Origin: Paramoeba atlantica
Taxonomy: Eukaryota > Protista > Discosea
Direction: 5' to 3'
Length of the DNA: 64,000 nt
Assembly (NCBI GenBank): GCA_977017575.1
Contig: CDRNVI010000187.1
Span: 1-64,000, forward strand
In this document: piece by piece, positions 1 to 10,658 of the stretch
How positions within the stretch are numbered: position 1 is the first letter of the stretch
How the letters are laid out: each line of letters begins with the position of its first letter
Program-made: the position numbers and the translations under genes
Notes under the pieces: model-generated
What the model saw: only the letters and a program-made list of their open reading frames with translations
What the model was told of the DNA's origin: nothing
Databases searched by the model: none

Positions 1-1040
1 ATATCACAAGAATGAGGTTTTGAGGATCCTTCAGGTGGTTCACCTGAGCACATATAAAGAAGCATATGATGAACATATTCGCTCGATTCAACAATTGCAT
101 CAATCTCGATGATATGGCGCTTTGATTTCACTTTTGGTAATCGATGGGCAAGACACAGATAAGTGTCTGTCCCATTAACATAATTTTCTAACTCAAGTGG
201 ATCTCCGTTTCCATCATTCATCAAGACCTTTTTGTCCCCCTCAACTTCACTAGAGGGGACCTTTTCTCCATGGATCTGATGACCTGGAGTTTTGTCTTTC
301 GAAAAGAGGTCCAATTGCATCGACCCTCTCATCATACCGTGGTATCCGAGATCGTTGTCGTTCACCTTTCCAATGGCCCAAATTACATTGGTGAGTTGTC
401 CATCATCTAGGATATCCAAATCAGATCCTCGACCAGTTACCGGATCTGCTTTTTCTTCTTCACAAGCCAGTAAATTTCGTTTAAAAACAAAGGATAACAC
501 CCCATTTTGGAAAAGGTTCTTCTCCATCTCAACATTTTGAATGTCATCAACCAGAGGGACACTAAAAGAAGAAGAAAATCTGTCTTGAATCCCCAATTTT
601 TTAGAAAAACTGACAATATCAGCGCCATACATTCCCCCATTTGCTGAGATTCCAATTGCTAAAAAATCTGGATCCTGATCATCGTCATCGTTCTCATCAT
701 CATTCTCATCAGCGCTGGTGCTTTGATGGCTGCATTTTCCCCCAACACCAAATCGAATCTCCTCGCCTTCCACAGACCAACAAACAACAACATGGGACAC
801 ATCAGAGATATCATCAACAAAGCAGTGTTCAAATTCATTTCTTTTGAAACTCAGATCGCCTCTCCATTTGAGCGAATCCCAAGGATCTGTTGAAGGAGGA
901 TCCGAATTCACAACAAGTAACACGGTCCCCACATTCAGAACAAGAAAGGCCAAAGCAAATAGACCAATTTTTGGTTCGATTGGGTACTTGGATCCTTCTT
1001 CTTCTTGATCTTCGTCTGGTGGTGGTGGTGGTTCTCTCAT
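1..1040 (-). CDS. DOMON + copper type II ascorbate-dependent monooxygenase (DBH/MOXD1-like), paralog A; runs off the left edge
   Basis: The reverse strand is open from ATG 1040 to base 1: MREPPPPPDEDQEEEGSKYPIEPKIGLFALAFLVLNVGTVLLVV (signal anchor)...FLAIGISANGGMYGADIV...IQDRFSSSF...VIWAIG...YHG (DOMON)...TYLC...HIIEIDAIVESSEYVHHMLLYMC. It is collinear with the + strand paralog. It is absent from the ORF track because there is no stop in the window. Confidence 0.92.
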   Translation of the reverse strand, partial: MREPPPPPDEDQEEEGSKYPIEPKIGLFALAFLVLNVGTVLLVVNSDPPSTDPWDSLKWRGDLSFKRNEFEHCFVDDISDVSHVVVCWSVEGEEIRFGVGGKCSHQSTSADENDDENDDDDQDPDFLAIGISANGGMYGADIVSFSKKLGIQDRFSSSFSVPLVDDIQNVEMEKNLFQNGVLSFVFKRNLLACEEEKADPVTGRGSDLDILDDGQLTNVIWAIGKVNDNDLGYHGMMRGSMQLDLFSKDKTPGHQIHGEKVPSSEVEGDKKVLMNDGNGDPLELENYVNGTDTYLCLAHRLPKVKSKRHIIEIDAIVESSEYVHHMLLYMCSGEPPEGSSKPHSCD

Positions 1041-1279
1041 TTGGAAGAAAAAAAAAAGAAGAAAAAAGAAGAGAAAAAGAAGAAAAAAGAAGAAAATTTT
1101 AAAGAGGAAAAAAGAAGAGAAGAATCGTTTTGTTTTCAATATCCCGACCTTCTGTACAGAATTGTGTGGTAAAATTCCGACCTCAAGAATTGGGAAAGAC
1201 CTTTCTTTCTCTTTCGTTTGCGGTTTGGTGGAAAAAAGAAGATTTTTATTTTCTCTCTTTCAAACAACCGTTTTTTGAG

Positions 1280-3398
1280 ATGGACGGTGTTGATAGGGAG
1301 AGAGTCCGTGTGGACGAAGAAGCAAGTGGTTCAGAAAGAAAAGCTTCAAACACCTTCAAACTTTTGCTGGTTTGTGGGCTTGTTGTTGTTGCCTTGATTT
1401 TAACTGGGGTTGTGTACAGTGTAATGCCATCAGAAGAAGGGGCATGGGAAGGAGCGCCTCGTTGGACTCACCAGCTAGCTTTTCGTCGAGAAGAATTTGA
1501 GCACTGTGCCATTGATGATATTTCTGATCAGCCTTATGTTGTTGTTTGTTGGTCGGTGGAAGGTGGGGATGAGATCCGATTTGGAATTGGCGGATTGATG
1601 TCTGACCTCTCTTCTGGCGACAATCCTGACGAAAGATTCTTGGGATTGGGAATTTCAGCCAATGGCGGAATGTATGGCGCCGATATTGTGACTTATTCCA
1701 GAAAACTGGGCCTTCAAGACCGCTTTAGTTCTTCCTTCAGTCGCCCGACAGTTGATCCAATTCAAAATGTCGAATTGGAGAAGAGTAATATTGATGGCAA
1801 CGTTTTGTCTTTTGTTTTTAAACGAAAATTGCTCGTTTGTGAAGAGGCAATCGCGGATTCAGTCACTCAGACAGGCTTTGATTTGGATATTTTAGATAAT
1901 GGGCAATTGACGAATGTGATTTGGGCGATGGGGCAAGTGAGCGGGGAAGATATTACTTTTCACGGACATAAAATGAGGGGTTCGTTGCAATTGGACCTGT
2001 TTTCTGGTGATGAAACACCGGGCCATGATATTCATACTGCTCCTTTTAAGGGTGGAAAGGAATTTGATGTCTTCATGCACGATGGGAATGGAGGTGCACT
2101 CGATTTAGAAAGTGCTGTCAGTGGAACAGATACGTACATGTGCATCTCTGGAAAATTACCACAAGTTGATTCAAAGAAACATATTATTGAAATCGATAGT
2201 GTTGTTGGGAGTACCTCTTTTGTACATCACATGGTTTTAATGCACTGCCCAAACGAACCATCTCCGGAATCTTTCCGTCCAGGTCCTTGTGATATGGGAT
2301 CTTGTGAAGCGATGATGACTGTTTGGGCAGTTGGGGGGTATTCTCGGTATAGGTATCCAGATGATGTTGGATTTCCGTTTGGAGGTAAGAGAGAGAGACT
2401 TCTTTTTTCTAAATATTTACATGGTGATTGATTGAAGTGATGAGTGATTTTGTCGAATAATTTTTTTTTTTTTTTCATTATAGAGAGTGGAAACCGAGAA
2501 TATTGGAAACTCCAAATTCACTATAACACTCCTGTCTCCCCAAAAGGATATTATGATGCGTCAGGATTTCGAATTCGATATTCTGATCCTCGGCCGATTG
2601 ATGCTGGATTACATTTCTTTGGCTGGTTTCCATCAGCGTACCACGTCATTCCTGGAGGTTCCTTTTTCGTTCTCTCGAAAAAATCAAAAGAAGAGAGAAT
2701 AATTCTTACCCCTTAAGGAACGAGATTTATTGATTTGATTTTTTTTTTTTTTTCAGGAAAGGCTCTTGGATCTGATGAAACAACATTTGAAGCTTACCTT
2801 CCAGCACGATGTTTAAGTTCATTGAGTAAGACAGAAGGGAAAAATATCACCCTTTTTCACAGTTTTCTTCATACACACAAATATGGGAGAAAGGCCTACG
2901 TCCAGCACTTCAGAGACGATAAAGAACTTCCAATTGTTGCGTCTCAAGATTTTTATGATTTTAACTATCAGGTTCAAAATTTCCTTCTCCCCCCTTCCCC
3001 CTTCTTTTCCCTTTCTTTGCTCTTCTTCACTTGAATATCTCGCTCACCTTCTTTCTTCACTTGAATATCTCACTCACCTTCTTCTTCAATAGCGATTTGA
3101 AAACCCCAACAGAGTGCTGCTTCCTGACGATACTCTCAAATTGACCTGCATGTACGACACAACCAGCTCAGCTTTTGATATTTTTGGTGGAGAAGGGACA
3201 GAGAATGAGATGTGCTTATATTTCTTTTCCTACTATCCTCGCGTCCCTGAACTTGATGATGCTGTCTTTACGTATCTCAAAAATGAGACTGGGTTGCTGA
3301 TGGACTGCCAAAGGGAAAAGTTTGTCGTCAACAATAGTGCTTATGAAAATATCGTTCCACTTCAACCTCTGAAGCGTGAACCATGTGAAAGAAGTTAA
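1280..3398 (+). CDS. DOMON + copper type II monooxygenase (DBH/MOXD1-like), paralog B; 4 exons
   Basis: Exons 1280-2384, 2484-2657, 2757-2971 and 3093-3398 are joined by GT-AG introns in matching phase. Features: N-terminal signal anchor, DOMON (GISANGGMYGADIV), CuH ligands VHHM and LQIHYN, CuM ligands HSFLHTH and ENEMC. Confidence 0.93.
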
Positions 3399-3790
3399 AT
3401 TAAAAGAAATGAAACAAAAATTGAATGTCGTTTGAATTTGTGTGAGCTTCTGTGTGGTAACGGCCTGAAAAGAATTTTTGATGAACATCCAAACAATCTC
3501 TCTCTATCAAACAGAGCAGAACCGACCTCAACTCAACCACACGTTTTTTTGGTTCCAAAAACTTTTCCAACAACATTCCGCGAAACTCGCTCCTTTTCCG
3601 TTCTTCGTCTCTCTGAGAATAAGTCAAATCGAAGAAGGACCGATTCCTCGTCCTTTAATTGTTCGCGGGAGACGAAGAACGGCGAGTTTCCGGGAATTGT
3701 CAAATCAAAGATTAATGAATCTACTAAGAATCGTACAATTTTTAATGAATGGATTCTTTTTGGATTACTAAATGAAGTAATTCGACTCGA

Positions 3791-3813
3791 TGACGTCATG
3801 ATGGCTGACGTCA
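3791..3813. promoter_or_regulatory. Two tandem TGACGTCA (CRE/bZIP-type) palindromes upstream of the multicopper oxidase
   Basis: Perfect TGACGTCA at 3791-3798 and 3806-3813, about 100 bp before ATG 3907. The function is inferred only from identity to the CRE consensus. Confidence 0.5.
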
Positions 3814-3906
3814 TTTCCTGGGCGCTGTGACATCCCTTGTTTGTTTTTTTTGTGGTTTTGTTTTGTTTTGTTTTTTGTCTTTCTCTCAAAATCGAAAAAG
3901 AAAAAG

Positions 3907-5415
3907 ATGAAGTTTTCCCCAATGTTTTTGGTTATCTTTGGTGTTTTGGCTGTGGTTGCTCAGAACAACCCTACGATTTATCCTCCTGACTTGCGATGGA
4001 CTTCGACTGGTCGTTCTACTCCTCCTGGTCGCGGAGCAGGTGATTTCCCAAAGAACGTTACAGAGTATTATGACTTTGTTGGTACTTTGGAATTTTGTAA
4101 ACCTGACAACGCCGAGTTTGGGTATCGTGATGCCAATTCTCGCGCTCCTTGCTCCTCCCCTGGTCCTACTCTTCGAATGATCACTGGCTACAACTATCTC
4201 ATGTATTTCAGGATCGGAGATGCTGACATGTCTTCCTTAAACCCTGCTGTCACAAACATTCACACCCATGGTTTGATGGTTTCTGGTTCTGAAAATGCTG
4301 ATGATATTTCTCGTACCATTGGTCCTGATGATGATTGCTTGGCTTATAATTATACTGTTTTGCACGATCACGCCGGTGGATTGTGTTGGTATCACTCTCA
4401 CCCCCACGGATCTACCAATCCTCAAGTCTCTCAAGGTGCTTATGGTGCTCTCATTATTGGTGATCAAGATGCTGATGGAAATTGGCCTCAATTCCCTGCG
4501 GATAATGCTTTCGGTCTCCAAGCCTTGTGCGATCACAAACATGAACGTATTCTTTTTATGGGATCTGTCGGTTCTGACTGGCACATGAATGGCCAAGAAG
4601 GAGGAACTATCCTCCAACCCATTTTGGAGTCAACCTGGTATCGTCTTCGACTTCTTGTCTCTCAACCTGCTGGTACTCGTGCTGATCCTTTCTATGACAC
4701 CAATGCTGATGATGATTCCAAATGTGAGTTCCGTAACATGGCTTATGATGGACATTGGAGATCTTCTGTCCCCAGTGACCCTGTTTCAGATTGGAATATT
4801 TCTGCCGCTGGTCGTATGGATGTTGCTTTTCGATGTCCCAAGAGTCCTTCCGGTGTTTATCACCATATTGTTTTGGGGGATGTTGAAGCCGAGATCATTG
4901 TGGAAACTGCCACTGGGCGACAAGATATTTCCTCCCCTTACTACAACAACTCAGTTTGGAACCCTAACACTCCTCCCTGGCAACAAAATATGACTGATAT
5001 CGAAGTCAATGCCACCAACCAACACAGTGTCGCTCTCAGCCCTACTGCTGTGACCTATGATGATAAACAATACTCCTATGACGCTTCAAAATCTACAGAT
5101 ACCTGGGAATATGGTTCTGTCCTTCAATTCACCGTTTCTCGTTCGAATGTTCATCCTTTCCACCTTCACGCGTTCCCCATGCAAATTATTGAAGGGTGTT
5201 CTCCTCACGAGCAAGGAGAGTTTTATGATACCATCTCTTCTTTGGAAACCAATTGTGTTGTGAAATTCCGTGCTCTCGGTGAACCTGGTAAAGTCCCAAT
5301 GCACTGCCATTTACTTGCACATGAAGACAATGGTGCGATGACTTGGGTTTGGGTGGAAGGTGGTCCCGATCTTGCTGCTAATCCTTATCCTCCTGTTGAT
5401 TCTTGTGATCTCTAA
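3907..5415 (+). CDS. Secreted multicopper oxidase (laccase/CueO/bilirubin-oxidase-like), 502 aa, intronless
   Basis: Signal peptide MKFSPMFLVIFGVLAVVA. All four MCO copper motifs are present: IHTHG, WYHSH, HPFHLH and HCHLLAHEDNGAM (axial Met). Confidence 0.95.
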   Translation: MKFSPMFLVIFGVLAVVAQNNPTIYPPDLRWTSTGRSTPPGRGAGDFPKNVTEYYDFVGTLEFCKPDNAEFGYRDANSRAPCSSPGPTLRMITGYNYLMYFRIGDADMSSLNPAVTNIHTHGLMVSGSENADDISRTIGPDDDCLAYNYTVLHDHAGGLCWYHSHPHGSTNPQVSQGAYGALIIGDQDADGNWPQFPADNAFGLQALCDHKHERILFMGSVGSDWHMNGQEGGTILQPILESTWYRLRLLVSQPAGTRADPFYDTNADDDSKCEFRNMAYDGHWRSSVPSDPVSDWNISAAGRMDVAFRCPKSPSGVYHHIVLGDVEAEIIVETATGRQDISSPYYNNSVWNPNTPPWQQNMTDIEVNATNQHSVALSPTAVTYDDKQYSYDASKSTDTWEYGSVLQFTVSRSNVHPFHLHAFPMQIIEGCSPHEQGEFYDTISSLETNCVVKFRALGEPGKVPMHCHLLAHEDNGAMTWVWVEGGPDLAANPYPPVDSCDL

Positions 5416-5934
5416 AAAAAAAAGAAAGAGCGAATATTCTCGATTCTTCCTTCTTATCTAATAGAATATCTTTACCCTCTTCCTTTGGAATCGATTAATT
5501 TAATTCTTACTCTGTTCCCTGAAACTGATACAAAAAAAACACAATAAATGTAATATTTTTGATTATATAAAATTTCTTTTGTTGCTTTTTGGTGCCTTTT
5601 GTTTTTTGTTTAGGATTTCACAATCAAAAAAAAAGGATGACTTTCTTTCCTTTTCTTTTTTTGAAGTCTTGTTCATATTTTCTCTCATCCACAATTATAT
5701 TGTGTTGTGGTGAGGAGTTAGTTGTGGTGTTCTCCTCTTCATTAAGAGACTGCTTGGCGAATTTGGACAATCACAAGTTCTTCCGAATCATCATCATCCT
5801 CGCAATTCGATTCTCTTTTCCTTGGGGAATTTTTCTTTCTCTCTTCTTCCTCCTCCTTTTCTTTCCTCTTCTTTTCTTGTTTTTCTTTCTTTTTTTCCTC
5901 CTTTTCTTTTTTTCTCTTCTCTTCCTCCCTTTCA

Positions 5935-8900
5935 TCAGAAATTCTCTTCTCCTCTCTCCTCCTCTCGAAAAGTAAAACATTCCATCGATAAAGTCTCAGC
6001 AGTACTCATCCCACCTTCCCCCAGAGGAGAAACTCCTCTCTCTCCTTCAATACTCTCTCCACTCTCTCCACTCTCTCCACTCTCTTCTTCTTTTCTCTTA
6101 TCAGATAATGTTAAATTGGGGTTGAGAAATTCTAAGAGAGAGCTTTTTGTTCGAGCGCTTGTTTTGGAATTTGGGGGGGGTAATTGTGATCTTTCTTCTT
6201 CTTTTTCTGGTTGTTGTTGTTGTTGTTGTTGTTGTTCGAGAATAGGAGACATGACACTTTGGGCAACAGGAGAAGAACGATTCACAGAGATAACCAAAAC
6301 GGTTGGGTCTGTTTCCTCAAAAAACTCCTGATTTGATAGAAAGAATTTTGATGATAGTCGTTTGGTTTTTAAATGGCGGTCCAACACAGGAGGGATTATT
6401 GGAGAAGAGCAAGAAAGAGGAGGTGTTGGAAGAAAAGAAGGTAAAGGAGAAGAATGAGAAGAGCTCGAAGAGAGATTTTCAGAAGGAGGGGGATTGTTCC
6501 ATAATTCAATTGCTGTGTTACATTCACATTCATAAATATGAAAACGAGCCATTACCAAACCCGCCACAGGAACAACTTCACTCATCGTAAACTTTGTTGG
6601 AATTTGTTCTCCCTTTTCTTTTCTTCTTTTTTGAATGTCTTCGTCCATTTGTTTAACTTTCAATAGATATTGGAAATCAGAATCCAGATTCTGGAGATCA
6701 GAATCTGAATAATTTAAATCCAATTCCAACTTTGTCCACTCGCCACCCAAAACATACTCCATCTCCGAAATCAAAACATCCAACATCTCATAAACTTCTT
6801 TAGTTGTCTGTTGTACAAACTCATCCAAATTCCCTTCTCTCTTTATCACTCTCTCTAACAATTTCTGGTTCTCTTTTACCAAATCTAAATTCTCTGGAGG
6901 TTGGTCAATGTAATTTTCAGGCAATATTCGATGTTTATACCCTTGCCTCTCAAGAAAGAGATCTGCTTTCTTTTCGATATGTGACAACCACCACTCGCAT
7001 GCCTCATTTTTCCTCTCTCCATCTTTGAAAGAAAAGAGAGAAAAGAGAGAAAAGAGAGAAAAGAGAGAGAAAAGAGAGAAAAGAGAGAGAAAAGAAAGAA
7101 AAAATTAGAGATAAGAAAGAGAACAACAAATAAAAAAAAAAGAAAAGAAGAGAGAAAAATATAAAAAGAGAGAAAAACTCAAAATCTTTTGAATGAGTTG
7201 GGTATGTCTTTCAACCATTACTGTTGCGTTGCGAGAAAATTTGGAAATTGTTTCTTTGACATTTCGAGGAACATTTTTGAAGAAAGCTGCCATCTTTTTC
7301 AAGGAGAAAAAAAGAAAGAATTAAATTTGATTTTTGATTCTTTTTTCAAGACAAATAAAATCAATATAAAAATAAATAAAATTGAATAAAACTCTAGCAA
7401 AATAAATAAAAAAAAATAAAAGAAAAAAGAAAAGAAAAACAAAAAAAACCTCTTCCAACGTGGAATCATAAGAAGAAGGAGCAAACAAAGCAGGAGGAAC
7501 ATAAAAGAAAGAAAAACAAAAAAAAAATAGCAAAATAAAGAAAAATAAAATAAAAAAATAAAGTAAAATAAAATAAAATAAAATAAAAAAATAAAATAAA
7601 ATAAAATAAAAAATAAAGTAAGAAAAAGGACCTCTTCCAACGCAAAATCATAAGAAGAAGGAGCAAACAAAGCAGGAGGAACATAAAAGAAAGAAAAACA
7701 AACAAAAAATAGCAAAATAAAATAAAATAAAATAACAAAAAAAATAAAATAAAAAATAAAGTAAGAAAAAAAACCTCTTCCAACGCAAAATCACAAGAAG
7801 GAGCAAACAAAGCAAGAGGAACACAAAAGAAAGAAAAACAAACAAAAAATAGCAAAATAAAGAAAAATAAAATAAAAAAATAAAATAAAATAAAATAAAA
7901 TAAAATAAAAAATAAAGTAAGAAAAAAAACCTCTTAAACAAAGCAGGAGGAACACAAAAGAAAGAAAAACAAACAAAAAATAGCAAAATAAAATCAAATA
8001 AAAAAATAAAGTAAAAAAAATATAGTTAAAAAAAAACCTCTTCCAACGCAAAATCATAAGAAGGAGGAGCAAACAAAGCAGAAAGAAAAACAAAAAAACT
8101 AAAACAAAAAAAATATAATAAAAAAATAGTAAAAAAAGGACCTCTTCCAACGTGGAATCATAAGAAGGAGGAGCAAACAAAGCAGGAGGAACACAAAAGA
8201 AAGAAAAACAAACAAAAAATAGCAAAATAAAGAAAAATAAAATAAAATAAAATAAAATAAAATAAAAAATAAAATAAAAAATAAAATAAAAAATAAAATA
8301 AAATAAAAAATAAAGTAAGAAAAAAAACCTCTTCCAACGCGAAATCATAAGAAGGAGCAAACAAAGCAAGAGGAACACAAAAGAAAGAAAAACAAACAAA
8401 AAATAGCAAAATAAAATAAAATAAAAAAATAAAGTAAAAAAAAATATAGTTAAAAAAAAACCTCTTCCAACGCGAAATCATAAGAAGGAGGAGCAAACAA
8501 AGCAGGAGGAACATAAGGCACCCACTCTTTCGCCACATCAATAATTAAATCAAAGACCCTTTTTTTATATTTTTTGTTTTATTATTTTATTATTAAGAAG
8601 GGAAGCGAGAGAGAGGGGGAGAAGAGAAGAGAGAAAGAGAAGAGAGGAGAGAAGAGAGAGGAGAGAAAAAAGAGAAAGAAAAAGAGAAGAGAGAAGAGAG
8701 AGAGAAAAAAGAGAGAGAAAAAATAAAGAAGAAAAAGAAAAAAAAAACCTCTCAATAAAGAAATTCAATGTCTCATTATCGTCACTCAATAAATCTTCAA
8801 ATTTTAACATATTTGAATATTCTTTTTCGATATTTGATAATTGTTCTCGGGGTGATGTGTCTATTTCAAGAGAGAGAAGAGAAGAGAAGAGAAGAGAAGA

Positions 8901-10625
8901 GAAGAGAAAAGAAGAAGAGAGAGAAAGAGAGAAGAGAAAGAGTGAATCTTCTCGTGAAACAAGAAATAAAAACCCAAAAAAGAAAAAAAAAGAAAAAAAA
9001 AAGAAAAAAAAAAGAAAAAAAAAAAGAAAAAAAAAAAGAAAAAAAAGAAAAAAAAATTACTTTGATAAAAGTCAGGAGATTGAACAAACTTGGAAACCTC
9101 AATCCCAATACAATGAATAAATGGTCTCAAAAATATTAAAAGTGGATTTGCAAAACAAATCCCATTTTGTGTCGAAGTTTCATTAATTAAAGGTAAATCT
9201 TCTTCACTGTTTTATTTAATTAGTAATTAATATTAATTAATAATTACTTTTTCTTTCAAATATTAATTATTTGAAGAAAATATTAAAAGTGGTGGATTTG
9301 CAAAACAAATCCCATTTTATGTTGATGTTTCATTAATGAAAGGTAAATCTTCTTCACTGTTTTTATCAAGTATTATATTAAATTAAAATAACAATTAAAT
9401 ACTTATTTCATGGAGAAAAAAAAGAGAAGTAAAACTTCAACACAAAATGAAAGAAAGGTCTGAAAAAATACAATAAAAATAAAAATAAAAAACCTTTTAA
9501 AAGTATAAACAGCAGAAGCAGGCACTTTTGTCATCATTCTTTCCCATGGATCCAAATAAATCTAGATTTAAAAGAAAAATAAAATGCAAATAAAATATTA
9601 GAAAAGAAAAAAGAAAAAAAAATACAAGAGAGAGAGAGAGAGAAAGAGAAAGAGAAAAAACTTGAATATTTGGTTGAGAAGGAGAAACAATCGGAGTTGC
9701 CAATCGACAAAATATGAATTGTCTTCCCTCCCACACATTATTTTCAAACATCATTCTATTTTATTAAATATTTAATTTATTCTTCATTATTTATTATTTA
9801 ATATTAATTATTATCTATTTATTAATTAATTATTCTCTCTACAAAATTAGTTATTTCTTCTTTCTTTTCTTGATTTCTTGATTTCCTTATTTCTTTCAAT
9901 TATTTTCAACAATACAATCAACTCACAAACCGATGAGCTTGAGGAATCTCAGAAACAAGAACAGCAACAATTCCAAAATGAGACATTCTCTGAAATTTAA
10001 CCAATTCATCAAAAGTATTTGATATTTCTTCTTCTAATAATTCTGGATAATTTTTGAGTGCGTTCCAACGAGCGATTTTTTTGTAGAGTTGTGTTGTTTC
10101 TTCTTCTTCTTCTGTTTTTTGGGGGTGGGAGAGATGAGAGAGGAAGAGGAGAGAGAGGAGAAAGGAGAGGGATCGCAGAGAGAGAAAAGAGAGTGAGAAA
10201 GAAAGGAGAGGAGAAGAGAGAGATATTGTTCCGGAAGAGGAGAATATTATCTTTAAAATAGAAATAAAATAAATAAAATAAATAAAATAGAAGTAAAATA
10301 AATAAAATAAATAAAATAAATAAAACAAATAAAACAAATAAAACAAATAAAACAAATAAAACAAATAAAATAAATAAAACAAATAAAATAAATAAAATAA
10401 AATGGAAAACCATCAGGCTGAATTCCATTCTCAGAAGGAAACATAGAAAGAGAAGAACGAGGAGTGAAAGAAGAATTACAACGAGGTCCCAAAGAAATAG
10501 AAGAAGAAGGAAGAGAAGAGACAGGGAGGGAGGGGATAGAAGGGAAAGAAGAAGAAGTAAGATAGGGACGAGGGCGAATGGAAGAGGAAGAGGAAGAAGA
10601 GGAAGAAAGGGAAGAAGAAGAAGAA

Positions 10626-10658
<33 letters not shown>

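Noticed and set aside
2995-3090. Two ~30-bp direct repeats in intron 3 of monooxygenase B
   Set aside because: This is a simple local duplication with no additional AG, so no alternative acceptor is created.
3432-3830. ORFs between monooxygenase B and the oxidase
   Set aside because: They have non-ATG starts, overlap on both strands and show no motifs; the region reads better as 3' UTR plus promoter.
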